DNA of 64,000 nt. Origin: Octopus vulgaris. Lineage: Eukaryota. Where the stretch lies: NCBI GenBank assembly GCA_951406725.2, contig OX597815.1:88350001-88414000 (forward strand). The letters are read 5' to 3'. A program made the translations under genes and the position numbers. Below the pieces are notes generated by a model. It was not told the origin of the DNA and made no database searches. It was given only the letters and a program-made list of their open reading frames with translations. Shown here in pieces: positions 39,378-52,200 of the stretch. Positions within the stretch are counted from its first letter, which is position 1, and each line of letters starts with the position of its first letter.

Positions 39378-40293
39378 TACGAAGGGTACCCAAAAGGGAC
39401 CGAAATTTTGCAATATTATTTTATTCATTTACATGTTCACACTTTTATCGCCTTCAAAGCATTCACCATTTGAAGCACTGTATCAATCCAGACGCGTTTT
39501 CTACTGTTCGAAGCAGTACTGGAACTTTTGCGAAGTGATGTTTTTTAACGCCTCCGTAGTTTCCTTTCATCTCTTCCACATCCACAAATTGCGTATCACC
39601 AGCTTTCGTCCCCAGTGATGACCTTCGAAGAATGAAGAGAAAAGAAAAAAGGTCCGGATCAACTTCCAACTATTCTTTCAGTTCACAACACGCATTTGAA
39701 AGTGATTGATTTTGATCTTCCATGAACAAGCGAGACACAGATTTTGCTGTAACTCCTTTCATTCGCAATTCCTCGCTTAAAAATCGTTGGCAGGAGCTCC
39801 GGGATACACTAGTCATATCAAGTTTGGCAATTATTCGGTGACAGTCCTCCAAGATCAGTTCATGAATTTTCTTGATGTCTTCATTCGTTCGGAAGGTCGA
39901 CTGTCGCCCTGAACAAGATTAGTCTTCAAGCGAGAAGTGACCATTTCCAAAGCGTAGAAACCAGTCGTAAACTTGTGTTTTGCTCATGGCAGCGTCTTTG
40001 TAAGCTGTTCGAAGCATGACAACTGTTTTGGCCGCCGTTTTTTCCAGCAGAAAACAGAATTTCACAGAAGCACGTTGTTCCTTCGTTTCATCATCACAAA
40101 AATCGACGAACAGGGGAGAAGCACCGCAAAACAAAGACGCACCACGAGGTAGTACAACTTTTGCTGACGACGCCTGTCGGCAGACTGATGCCTGAGGGTC
40201 GCATCTAGTGGTTTCTAGCGGCGGAAGCCTTAACTATAACGAGTTTGTCATACAGAGAACGTTCCCGGTTACTTCTGAGTACTCCCGCGTGTA
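39378..40293 (-). mobile_element. Mariner transposon, internally deleted
   Basis: Degenerate TIRs. N-terminal HTH EQRASVKFCFLLEKTAAKTVVMLRTAYKDAAMSKTQVYDWFLRF, then ELRMKGVTAKSVSR, then a C-terminal block resembling CIASNGEYFEGD. Most of the DDD domain is missing. Confidence 0.9.
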
Positions 40294-41099
40294 CCACAGT
40301 ATAGTTGAACAATGCCAAGACTGACAGCACTAAGATGCTGTTTCATTAGCTTAAAGTAATGGGATGAACGTTCCCGTGAGTATAAGCTGGAAATTCATGA
40401 CCTCTGAGCAAATTACATACACGCATTACATAAAGACGAACCTCTATGTAGTGCCTCGATCTACTAGAAATAGCAGCCATATCTCCCTCAAATCACAATT
40501 CTACCATTTTAAAAGTGGGAAGAACACACTAGACGTTGTAGTAGTCTCGGATAAAAAGATCAAGACGGCAACGGTTAGAATACTTTTCATCATAAGACTC
40601 CTAGATTAGGGATGATCTGAGATTAAACATCAACAACATAGACAGTTTTCAATTTTATCCTAAAGCACCCACCTCCACACACACGGTTATAAAGGCTGCA
40701 CTGGTGGCTATATAAACTGTATATAGAACAGCAGAAAGGATCATGTAAATATATTTCAGTAATACAAGGTTACACATTTTTTGAGGAAATATATAGATAA
40801 TATAATTTATCGTTATATTTAATTAGTAAAATCTCGGTGTAGGCAATTGAAGCAGAATAGCCAAGTATGTGTTATATTTAACGTTTATACACCGTTGACT
40901 GGCACCATACTGAAGATTTTCTCCGAGATAAAATCTCGAAGATGTACTGTGTTAGAGAACAGAATATATATTGGAGGGAGACAACAGATCATCCCGGCAG
41001 CGGCTGGCGTAAACACCAAATGAATTTTGGCATTCTTGGGCCTTGAAAACGACATGAACTCGCTGTCACATTCCAAGAGGAAATTTATCTAAGTAAATA

Positions 41100-41575
41100 C
41101 AGGGTGTTTAAAAAAATTTGATATCATTTCGCAATCTAATAACTTTGCCAGTTCTTGTTTAAATGACTTTAACAGCATATGTAAGAAACAGGTCAAAATT
41201 TTGTGTTTAGTGTTTGATATGCTTATCTTTTCAGGTATAGAAATGGCATTCACTGGAAGAGAAAAGGCGTTTTATGTGTTGGAGTATGCTCAAACACAGT
41301 CAAAGAAGACTGTGCAGCGTACATTTGTGAGAGAGTTCTCTAAATAGTCACCAACGGCAATGAAGACTTGGACATGGTACAAAAAAATTCAAAGAGGAAG
41401 ACTGTCTGTGCAGGGCAAAAGGATCTGGACGACCACTATCATCGGAAGAGGCGGTCGAGCGGGTTCGCCAAAAACTGTTGCAAAGCTTCAAGAAGTCCAT
41501 AAGAACAAGTCTAGAAACCCAGATTCCACCAACGACAGTTTGGCGCGTCCTGAAGAAACGCTTGCAATGAAACTC
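41100..41575 (+). mobile_element. Tc1/mariner-superfamily 5' fragment (DUF4817-like HTH)
   Basis: TA|CAGGGTG terminus. MAFTGREKAFYVLEYAQTQSKKTVQRTFVREF...KGSGRP...SEEAVERVR...IPPTTVWRVLKKRL, with stops and frameshifts. Confidence 0.8.
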
Positions 41576-41647
41576 TTAGTATTAACATACTTAGAGATAA
41601 AGACAACTGTATATACTCGCAACTGTATATGTGTGCGTGTATGTATA

Positions 41648-41697
<50 letters not shown>

Positions 41698-42103
41698 GAT
41701 ACGCATGTATGTATATAAGTTTATGTACGTGTGTGTATACGCTAGTATGTATATCTATATGCATACACACCCGTATATAAAGTGCCCCAGTATGGCCTTA
41801 GCCTCTTGCTGAAACCAATAATATATATATAATATTAATAATGGTCAGGCGAACGAAGATTTTCTACATCAATAATTTTATAAAACAGTTATTTACAGCA
41901 TTCACTGTGGTTAGCCGGCATTTAAAACCAATTTAAGAGCAAACACGGTAACCAGCAGGATTATATATCCCTTTGAAACAATTTTCGGATATGAGATTTA
42001 GAAATGTAATATTTCAATTTTCGAAATCAGTAAATGCATTTCACTTGAAATATATATGTTTTCAGAGGCAAATAATTATCGACAGCTAGCAAGCCATGCT
42101 ACC

Positions 42104-42142
42104 CCAGACTGATGATGAGCAATGAAACTGAAACTAGTCTGG
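42104..42142 (+). ncRNA. Degenerate minimal hammerhead motif
   Basis: ccaga-CTGATGA-tgagcaatgaaact-GAAAC-TA-GTC-tgg, with palindromic ACTAGT. Stem II is poor. Confidence 0.4.
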
Positions 42143-42299
42143 ATACTGACTTTGCTGGGTGGAGGTGCTTACTTCCCCTTTGAAAACATAAGGACACAGG
42201 AAAAGTGTCATGGCCAGCTGGAAACGGTGTTTCCTGAGGCTAAATAGCAATAGCATTCTTCCCTTTCATGGGACTGTCACATTAAGTTAACATACCATC

Positions 42300-42356
<57 letters not shown>

Positions 42357-42362
<6 letters not shown>

Positions 42363-42685
42363 TAAATTAGAGATAAAACCACTATTAGGCAACTCAAACA
42401 GTGATAGACATAAACCAAAACATAAAAAACAAAAAATAAATATAATTAATATAATATATAATATATATATAAAATCTAAAATTTAAATTAAAAAAAAATT
42501 TTAAATATATATATTATATTTATTTTTTGGTTTTTATGTTTTGGTTTATGTCTATCACTGTTTGCGTTGCCTAATAGTGGTTTTATCTCTTAATTTAATT
42601 TATATTTATACTGTGAAATTTGATTTAATCCTAAATCTAGTTTTCCCTGTAAGTTTGGGTATACTCCCTAATATTATTATTTTAT
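42357..42685. mobile_element. Fold-back element in a (TA)n run (probable PLE terminus)
   Basis: ~90-bp inverted arms at about 42360-42445 and 42514-42601. A unique extension follows the right arm, and (TA)n flanks both sides. Confidence 0.55.
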
Positions 42686-43139
42686 ATATATATATATATA
42701 TACACCTGCGTGAGAATATTCAGGGGATTACAATTTGTTGATATGATAGGATGAGGTTTCCTAGTTTAAAACGTGCAATGCCCAGCATTGACTTTCATCA
42801 TTCCAAAGTTTAATAGAAATAAATAGTAAAACATTTGTATATTAAAACAAGAACCAGGATATATGAAACTTCAGTTCAAATGTCAGTGTGTTGTTATGGT
42901 TACGGCTGTAGACTGAGTAAGCGAGTGAGTGAGTGTGTATGTGGAGGAATGGGTGAGAAATTAATTTTATTTTGGACGAAAAGTATGACACGGCAAGAGT
43001 GCGGCAAGAAATCTGTTCATGGTAGTAGGCAGTCTCTCTCTGTACATTTTTATACTAGCTAACTACAAACTAATTGACCAGCTTGAGAATACTAATTAGG
43101 ATGTTGCTCTTGCTGGGAGATTTGTGGTGGAGGAGAGAG

Positions 43140-43199
<60 letters not shown>

Positions 43200-43429
43200 C
43201 ACACATAAAATAAAACAATTAATGACTGACTGACTATTTAGCAGATTTAGCCAAGATAAAAATTTAGCTGGAAAAACTTTAATTAGCCTATGATAAATGT
43301 ATATTGTGACCTCACGATATTAACTTTTAAGTTGCCAGAATTGTTAGCACAAAGCACTTTGCAGTATTTCACCTGTCTTTACGTTCAAATTCCGCCGAGG
43401 TCGATGAAATAACTACTAGTTTATATATT

Positions 43430-43639
43430 TTATGTGTTTGTGTCTATGTTTGTCCTCCGCCACCATCGCTTGACACCCGATATTGGTGTGTTTACGTCCC
43501 CGTAACCTAGCGGTTCGGTAAAAGACCGATAGAATAAGTACTAGGCTTATAAAGAACAAGTGCTAGGGTGGATTTCTTCGACTAAAACTCTTTATAGCAG
43601 TACTCTGACCGCAGTCAAATGACTGAAAGAAGTAAAAGA

Positions 43640-43640
<1 letters not shown>
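43430..43640 (+). mobile_element. SINE family B, 3' half
   Basis: Matches 11195-11387. Confidence 0.8.
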
Positions 43641-43689
<49 letters not shown>

Positions 43690-43698
<9 letters not shown>

Positions 43699-43809
43699 GG
43701 AGCTTCTACAGGACTAGAACTGTTTCATTCAAAAGAAATCATCAGGAAGCTTCCTGATGATTTCTTTTGAATGAAACAGTTCTAGTCCTGTAGAAGCTCC
43801 TTCTATATA
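43690..43809. repeat. Perfect 120-bp spacerless palindrome with hammerhead-like cores
   Basis: Two 60-bp arms are exact reverse complements centred on GAAG|CTTC. Each strand reads CTGATGA-tttcttttgaat-GAAAC. Confidence 0.92.
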
Positions 43810-43880
43810 ATAAATTAATTTACTCTGCTATGTATTGAGTACCTTATTTACTGTGGTTAACCCCGACTCAACCCGGGACC

Positions 43881-43928
<48 letters not shown>

Positions 43929-43936
43929 TATATATA

Positions 43937-44775
43937 ATCATCATCGTTTAACGTCTGCCTTCCATGCTAGCATAGGTTGGACAATTTGACTGAGGACTGG
44001 CGAACCAGATGGCTGCACTAGGCTCCAGTCTGATCTGGCAGAGTTTCTACAGCTGGATGCCCTTCCTAATGCCAACTACTCCCAGAGTGTAGTGGGTGCT
44101 TTTACGTGCCACCGGCACGAGGGCCAGTCAAGCAGTACTGGCAACGGCCACGCTCAAGTGGTGTTTTTTTACGTGCCACCTGCACAAGAGCCAGTCCACG
44201 GTACTGGCAACGACCTCACTCGTATGTTTTTCCCGTGCCACCGGTACAAGTGCTAGTAAGGTGACGCTGGTAACGATCACGTTTGAATGGTGCTTTTTAC
44301 GTGTCACCGACACAGAAGCCAATCAGCTGCTCTGGCAGTGATCACGCTCGGATGGTGCTCTTAGCGCTCCACTGGCACGGTTGCCAGTCACCGAATTTGC
44401 GAATTTGATTTGATTTCGATCTCACTTGCTTCAACAGGTCTTCGCAAGCAGAGTTTAGTGCCCAATGAAGGAAAGGTATGCATAAGAAGGTTGGTTACAT
44501 CCCTGGCATAGACCACGGGTTATGGTCTCACTTGGATTGCCGGATCTTCTCACGCACTGCATATTTCCAAAGGTCTCGGTCACTAGTCATTGCCTCGGTG
44601 AGGCCTGGTGTTCGAAGGTCGTGCTTCACCACCTCATCCCAGGTCTTCATGGGTCTACCTCTTCCACAGGTTCCCTCAACCGATAGGGTGTGGCACTTTT
44701 TCACACAGCTCTCCTCATCCATTCCCGACACATGCCCATACCAGCACAGTCGTCTCTCTTGCATACCACGTATTA
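43937..44775 (-). mobile_element. RTE-clade LINE 3' end (ORF C-terminus plus 3' UTR)
   Basis: QERRLCWYGHVSGMDEESCVKK...GRGRPMKTWDEVVKHDL...DRDLWK, then a UTR with subrepeats and an (ATG)n tail. Confidence 0.9.
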
Positions 44776-47363
44776 ACCGGCTCTGAGGGACGGAAGTCCC
44801 TGTAATTGAGGAAGAAGAAGCGTAGAGAAGATAGCATGTCAGAGGGCCAGATTCTGGAGTGGGCTTTTTCTGAATGAATGAGTGTGTGTGTGTGTGTGTG
44901 TGTGTGTGTAGCATCGTAACAGATGGGGGTGCATTACGCTGTTGTGGGTTTCGTCAGAGCTTTGTAAGAGGGTTAGTAGTTAGGAGATAAAAGTATTTTT
45001 TTCCCTCGAAGGGAAAGGTCAGCCTTTGAAACGAAATTTTTGCTATGTTAATGATGTACATTATTCACCAGAGATCATCTGTGATAGGGTGACCTAATAT
45101 TAATAGATGGGTGGAGCGGGAGGTAGCTTACCATGTCAAGTGGAAGTGTCTATTTCGAGCACAGCCCTTCACCGACGAGAGCCTATTTATATTCGCTTCA
45201 TTTTCAGAGTAAAGGGTCTGGCTTAATGCTAAATATTTGTTCTTACGATAAACTTTTTAGTGTTGTTACGTGAATTCTGTTTCCGAGTTAATTGTAAAGT
45301 GTGTAAACATAATGCATCTACACTGTAGATATTAACTTTTATGGGATGTACTACACGGACATACGTATGTCAACGCGAGTCTGATGTATTTCTGGTGCTA
45401 ACGTATTACATAAGCACTGATGTTTAACCACGAGGTTAAAATTCACAGGGAAAATAAACCTATGTTTATCAAATATGCGAACACACACGCAAAAACTACA
45501 AATTGTTTTACGCCTCGATTGCTTTCGCATATCTTCCTGAATGAATAATGTGTACTTTTCAATGAAATCTTGCAGAGGTACGTTTACGTGGGTGAAGGTT
45601 GCCATTATGTTTACAAAATTTAGGAAAAAAAATTTCTAAAAGATTGGAGGAGTTTCAGATTTTTCGTGCTCCACATCCCTGCCTGAAGTTTGTGACCACA
45701 AATTTCCGTAACTTTAGCATTTTCAATTTTTAAAATCTATTTACATGATTGAAATAACATTAATTAGTATACAGACTCGAAAACATTTCTGCATTTTAAA
45801 GAATGTTATGAGATAATGAAATGAGAAGGAGGGGAGAATGATCCGAAACTCCATAAATACTAAAAGAATTTTTATTCAACATGGCCAAAATAATTTGTAA
45901 TTTACAAACTCCCAAACGTAACTTTACAAAATTTCACTAAAAAATAAACATTTTCAGAAAATTGAGGTAACAAAGTCGATGGTGAAAGGGCATCAATTTG
46001 CAGTTATGAGTACACACACGGGAAATTCAAGCAATCATATTTGCATTTCCCGCCATATTTGCATTTCCCGCCAACTAAAATATATATATATATATATAAG
46101 TGTTTACAGAATTTTCTATTTTTCAGTTTTCTGTAAAAGCAATTAGTTACTCAGCTCCTGGTTCTGTACCGTTAATTGAAGGCAAAACAAATCTATTATT
46201 AAGCTATGCCACTTTCTCTATCATCGGTAATTTTCTACGAATTTTTCTAAGACCCATTCTAGATATCTAACATAACTCGAAGCAACTGAGATAAACTGAC
46301 CTGTCCAGTGACGGCGCATATCACCTGAAATGGATTTTATCTGGCAATCCATGAGCTGATAATGCAGTCAGCTGTTTCTGAAATAACATAAATGAACATG
46401 AATCACCTCACCGAATTTTCCCTATACTTTCTTTTAGCTAAAGAAGGTTTAAAAATATCGTCGAGATTCTGTCTCCTCAAAGGGGCTATGAATGCGTATT
46501 CATACAGTTTTGTATACTGTGAATATTAAATTCGTACGTTACAACAGTTGATATATTTCGCTGTCTTCATATTCCCTTCCTCCAAAAAAAAACAAAAAGC
46601 AAAAAAAAAAACAACAAATACAAAACAAACAAGACAAGAAACAAACTAACCCCCAAACCGCCTACTTCGAATTCGAATGGTCGAGGCAAAATTATTATTG
46701 CCAGGAGTGTAACAAATACCCGCTATTCTTTTAGTATTAGCATGTCTGCATCGGCGAAGACTGGATCATTGGATCAGTATGTGTTTGTATACCACTATGT
46801 GTATCGTGTATGTGATTGTGTGTATGTATAATCATGAAAATCATCAAACTGATATTAATGACATCATTAGTGAGACAAATCACCAGTATAGGAAAATAAA
46901 GAAGCAACGATCACAATAGAACATTTTATGACTGAAGAAAAAAATAAAGGGAGAAAGAAAAAAGAAATGAATGAAAGAAAGTTAAGAGAAATATGGAGAA
47001 TAATTAGTTATTCCAAAAGTTTGGACAGAAAGCAGATTAAACGAAAACACACCTACTATCAATGATCCAATGTTATTTCTAAATGATCTTAGCGTGTTCT
47101 TTTGAAGTCTTTTCTTTTCAAGTGTTATACTCGTTCCTTTTTGCTATTGCTAATTCGTTTCTTTTCACTAATTTCCTTTCAAGCAGTGAGATGTTTATTA
47201 TTCTGAAGACATTATCTTCATCATCTACGGTCACTGCAGCAGTGTTAGTGTAAGAAAAATAAGTCCCAAATATTCACAACCTCGAGCTTTTTGTCTGACC
47301 TGCTATCTCTAGTTTGTTGTTACTATTACTTCCTTCCACCTCTACGCGTACACATTTATACAT

Positions 47364-47401
<38 letters not shown>

Positions 47402-48087
47402 TCTCCCTTCCTCCCCTGATACGCTTCTTAACTGCTTCGTTGTTTGTTGAAAATAACTTCCTTTTAATTCTTTTATTTGTCACTTTTTTTTTCTTGCTAC
47501 ACAAGCCTTCATTCAGAGATAGAAAGAGTTTCACAAAACTATATTTTATACGACTACACTAATTATTTTTAGCTGATCCCCTGATATTTTCCCATCTCTT
47601 TAAAACAGCCAATTTATAGCCTGCTTACATACATACCAAGTATTATAAGTAACTTTAGTGACTTCTCTTGCCTCTCTTATCTCAGGTTTTATGCTATACA
47701 TGACAGCAACAAGTAAACAACCAACCATCTCCAGCTGTATACACTCAGTATCATAATTTCTTTCTCCACCTTCACTTCCTACCTTATCATTACTATTCCA
47801 TCAGCACACTAACCGGATATAAGATCATGCTTATCACACTTTCTACTCATAGCCACTAACTCTTTCTTCCTCTACATTTGAGGGTAGTGGTGGTGGTGAG
47901 CCGATGTATATACATTTCTAGTATGAACGCAACATATCCATTTTGGGGAAAGGGTATTGTCAATTATATCGACCACAATATTGTATTTTATCGACCCAGG
48001 AAAGATGAAAGATAAACACAACCTCAGCAGGAGTTGAACGTATAAAGACCGAAGTACCACATGTCATTTTATCTGCACCTTAATATT

Positions 48088-48322
48088 TATTTCTTTACTA
48101 CCCACAAGGGGCTAAACACAGAGGGGACAAACAAGGACAGATACACGGATTAAGTCGATTACATCGACCACAGTGCGTAACTGGTACTTAATGTATCGAC
48201 CCCGAAAGGATGAAAGGCAAAGTCGACCTCAGCAGAATTTGAACTCGGAACGTAACGGCAGACGAAATACGGCTACGCATTTCGCCCGGCGTGCTAACTA
48301 ACGTTTCTGCCAGCTCGCCGCC
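48088..48322 (-). mobile_element. SINE family A, full length with 16-bp TSD
   Basis: TSD TGCACCTTAATATTTA at 48074-48089 and 48327-48342. Confidence 0.92.
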
Positions 48323-49009
48323 TTCTTGCACCTTAATATTTACAAGCAAAACTTTCGTTCGTGCTGCAGGTCTGTGCAGGTTAAACAAAATATAAAATGT
48401 GAGTTCAGTCTTTGTTGAAAATAGATATTTCAGTATTTATTAGATAGGGCAGAGGTAAGCTGAAACTGAGACGTGGTTTCAATTCTCTACTGAAGCCAAT
48501 TCGCTTGCTCCTAATATAATAGGACAGAGCATCAGTTTCTGATATTTAAAAATCTGATAAATCGAGTTGCAGTTGGTTCCGGCACGGTCTATGCTACTCA
48601 TTGGTAAATGCATTTAACTCTCACCAACCACAAGTATCTCTTGTAAGTCGGTACCATAGAGAGAAACAACTCGCTGTTATGGAAAGAAGAGGCTACTGTA
48701 TAATTGAACAGTGTTTCATTAACTTGTGCAGCTAGTTTCATTAGCTTGTATGTAATCATTATATGAAAGCGAAGCCTTCAGTGATGTTCCATTTGAAGCT
48801 TACACTCTTACATAATGAATCAAAGTAAGTATACATTACTTACGCAAGTTTATATTGATTTGAAATGTTATAGGTCTATATTGGTTTCTTTAATCACAGC
48901 CAACACTATCTGGAAATCAGAATTCTTGTGAATTTCTTTTGAATATGTATATCCTTTATAGGTTATAAATGGAATGACGTGATAACCAGCCTTTCAGTTC
49001 TGTTTAAAG

Positions 49010-49294
49010 TAGCGGTTTTCAATCTATTGGCTGCGATGTAATTCAGAAAGGGTCGCAAAGACAAAATCTTTTACTTTTGAAATAAATGATAAAATGTAAA
49101 ATACTCGTGAATAAGTAATAGAATAAGCCAGAAGCGTAAGAGCTGCTGTACGTTTACGATAAACAAAAATTGAGAAATATTTCCAGAAGTATCAAATAGT
49201 AAGTGCACCCCGTTGTTTATTTAGATATGAAAGTGGACCGTAGAGGATTATTAATTTACCTAAATGGGCCGCGGAGGATTATTGAGAACCTCTA
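49010..49294. mobile_element. hAT (Charlie-like) MITE
   Basis: TIRs TAGCGGTTTTCAA and TTGAGAACCTCTA. 8-bp TSD GTTTAAAG at 49002-49009 and 49295-49302. Confidence 0.8.
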
Positions 49295-52200
49295 GTTTAA
49301 AGCGACTCTCGATTTTTGTTTTGCTTCTCTCTAAAATCATTATCATTGTTAGGTAGGCAAGTTGACAGAATCAGTAAATCTTGCCGTGGTCGACTTTATC
49401 TTTTGTTATTTCGGGGTCTATAAAATAACCGTAAGACAAGAATAACTACTAGAATAAATTTAATAGGCTACAGTCCCCAAATATATGGCCTCAACATATT
49501 TTAGAAAACCATATTGCTGTTATTACTACATCAAGAGGTCTAAATGTAGTGGTTTTTAGATATATAATTATTTTACTTTCTGCATCCAAATCAAGCCGGA
49601 GGAACTTTAACATTTTAAATTTCCAGGATCGATAATGTATCAAATATTAAAACCGATTTAAATGACATTACAAGCCACTTCTTTTTTCTTAGAGAGTAGA
49701 ATGTAATTTGAGGAAATTCGGCTGCCCTTTCTAACCAGCAGAGCGACCGCGTACAGACTCCCTCGTTGGTTTGCTGAAGTAATCGAGGTTGGTCAAACAG
49801 TAGAGTGCTAGACATAATACCTTCCTCTAACCTTGCAGTACTTTGTTACTTTTATATGTTCTGAGTTCAAATCCCACCCAATACTTGTTTGATTCGTTCG
49901 ACTGTATTCCGCCTTTATCCTATGTGACTTGGTGAAAGCTTAACTTTGTAATATGATGTTCACCAATTTTGCTTGTATATTAAACAACCATGCAAACTTA
50001 ATCAAAGCAATTGCTTTCACTCGCGAAAACTATGATTACCATCCCGTTCTCGCCCATATTGCAACGGCCACTCTTCCTCTAACTTGTTGCTGGTGCACAC
50101 CCCATACTTTAACTACTTGATGCAATCACTTTCCATCACGTCATCCACTTATGATGTCTCAGACTGATATAAGCTATTTGTCCAATCCTTCGAAATGAAA
50201 ATGAAATATAAAGCTATACTAGTTCGACAATTTTACTTCCTACTTATGAACTTCTGAGAATTTCGAGTATAATGAGACCCCACACATTATTTCCTGCTAA
50301 TGCACAGGCTCCATGTCCTGTTATTGCTCGAGAATGGAATTTCCCATCGTTTACCTATAACTCATAGCTGCTGTCCAGACAAAATTGCATTCAAACATTG
50401 CTTTGAAAGGCAGCGCCTGTGTGTGTAATTCCTTTTGTTCTCTCACTATTACTGCCCTCCATCAACTAGTAACTGTTTGACTATCTCCGGTCTTGCATCG
50501 AAACATCTAACGTCTTTGCTTCCACATACCCCTTGTGCTTTTGGTGCGGAAGCTGGATCTTTTGCCATTCTGAATTCTCTGCAACAACCAGTATCATTCC
50601 TGACCGACATACAGACATTCCAGACACTTTTGATCTCACTCTCACCTCCAGACCTTGCCTTTATTCAAACTACCATGTTACTGCACTTATTGGAATCCTC
50701 TGATCACTCCTTAATCAAAGCCATTCAACACATCTGCACATTGCCCAACACTTCAACCCGCTTAATTAGTAGAAACAGTCTACGTAGACATGTTCTTCAT
50801 GTCCATCATACAGTCGCAACATTTAACCCCAAACACTCAAATAGTTAATACGGAGTAGCGCTGCAACAGACACTCAATGGACAAGATAAACAACTGGGAA
50901 ACTTTTACATAGCAACTTCTGCAAAACTACCATTTGTAAAGCAAAAGATGCGTTCCTGCACAGCATAGCCTGAAATTTTTCTTGCCTTTTTGTTCGCAGC
51001 CAGTCCTAGTCCTCCACCAAGAAGATCTCCACTTACTTTCCAGAATCCTTCTACGTACCACTCATTAAAGATAACTCAGTAGCACCCTCGAAAAGAAAGC
51101 TTCTAGGTTTGCTGCCTGAGCTGCTTCTAACTTGACAAGGCTCCCATCAAGTATCATCGCCACATACAAATACGAAAAATTCTCCCGGTCGTTTCAAACC
51201 GACAAGTACACTCGCTCTGCCAATATTTACTGTATTAATCATAATTCTATGATTATCTCTCTATTCAGGACGTAGCAAACAATATTGCCTTAAGGCTAAC
51301 CGTCCTCTTCAGGGGCAGAAAATACTTTATTCCTGATTATATGCTGATTCACGACAAAGCACTGTGCTAATGTTGATGTTACACGTACAAACAGCCAAGA
51401 CCACATTCAAAGAAAGATATTAAAATATTTGGAAAATTCTTGTTCCCAAAACAATTTATTATTAGGATACAGACGCTCCGTTTCCTCATTGCTTTTTCAA
51501 CTAACACTACAACAGCCTCTATTCCTTAAAACTAGCTTAGCTACAAGTATATGATTTCCATCGAAACCCAATCAAAACACCCATCTTTTCTCCTCTTGTC
51601 CCTCATACCCTCTTTTCCTATATTTCCTCCACCAACCAACAAGAATTCAGATTATGCATTAAACATTAACTTTATGCAGTCATTCATATCCTTCAACCTA
51701 CACTATGGGTACCGACACTTGATGATTAAAAGAAGAAACAGAAAACGCATTACAAAATAAACATGTTTGGTTTAAACGATTAAACAGAAGGTGAAACAGG
51801 AAGAAATAAGATGAATAGGTGTAGTGATTTTGCTATTCTGTTACTCTGTATTAGTAACGAGGCATCAAAATCAACAGGATTGAGTTTTGAAGTAGACATT
51901 GAAAGAAGGCGTTAAAGGAAGGCTGAAAGAACGGAGACAAGGAGTCTAACTTAAGTGGTTAGACTCTTTGTTCACAACTAATTTTATTGAACAATGAAGC
52001 ATTCCTACAGATTTCATCATAGCAAACTAAATGTTTGGGTTACATGAAAGGTGGAATGAAGATCTCAGGGTTGCGAAGCGAGCTTAGTCGTTCGGCCATG
52101 CTTGTAGCCTTTAAGTAAGTACCAAAGCATTTTTCATCGCCAAGTTTCACACCATCGCCTGGTCTTTAGGAGCCGTTATAAGAGTTCACTGCGTTGCAAG

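Noticed and set aside
44095-44392. CRISPR-like repeat/spacer pattern
   Set aside because: Units are degenerate and homologous throughout, they sit in an RTE 3' UTR, and there are no cas genes in this eukaryotic DNA.
50040-51300. Possible decayed LINE (also 24200-25090 and 56100-56700)
   Set aside because: Composition suggests old retroelement debris, but I could not read diagnostic motifs.
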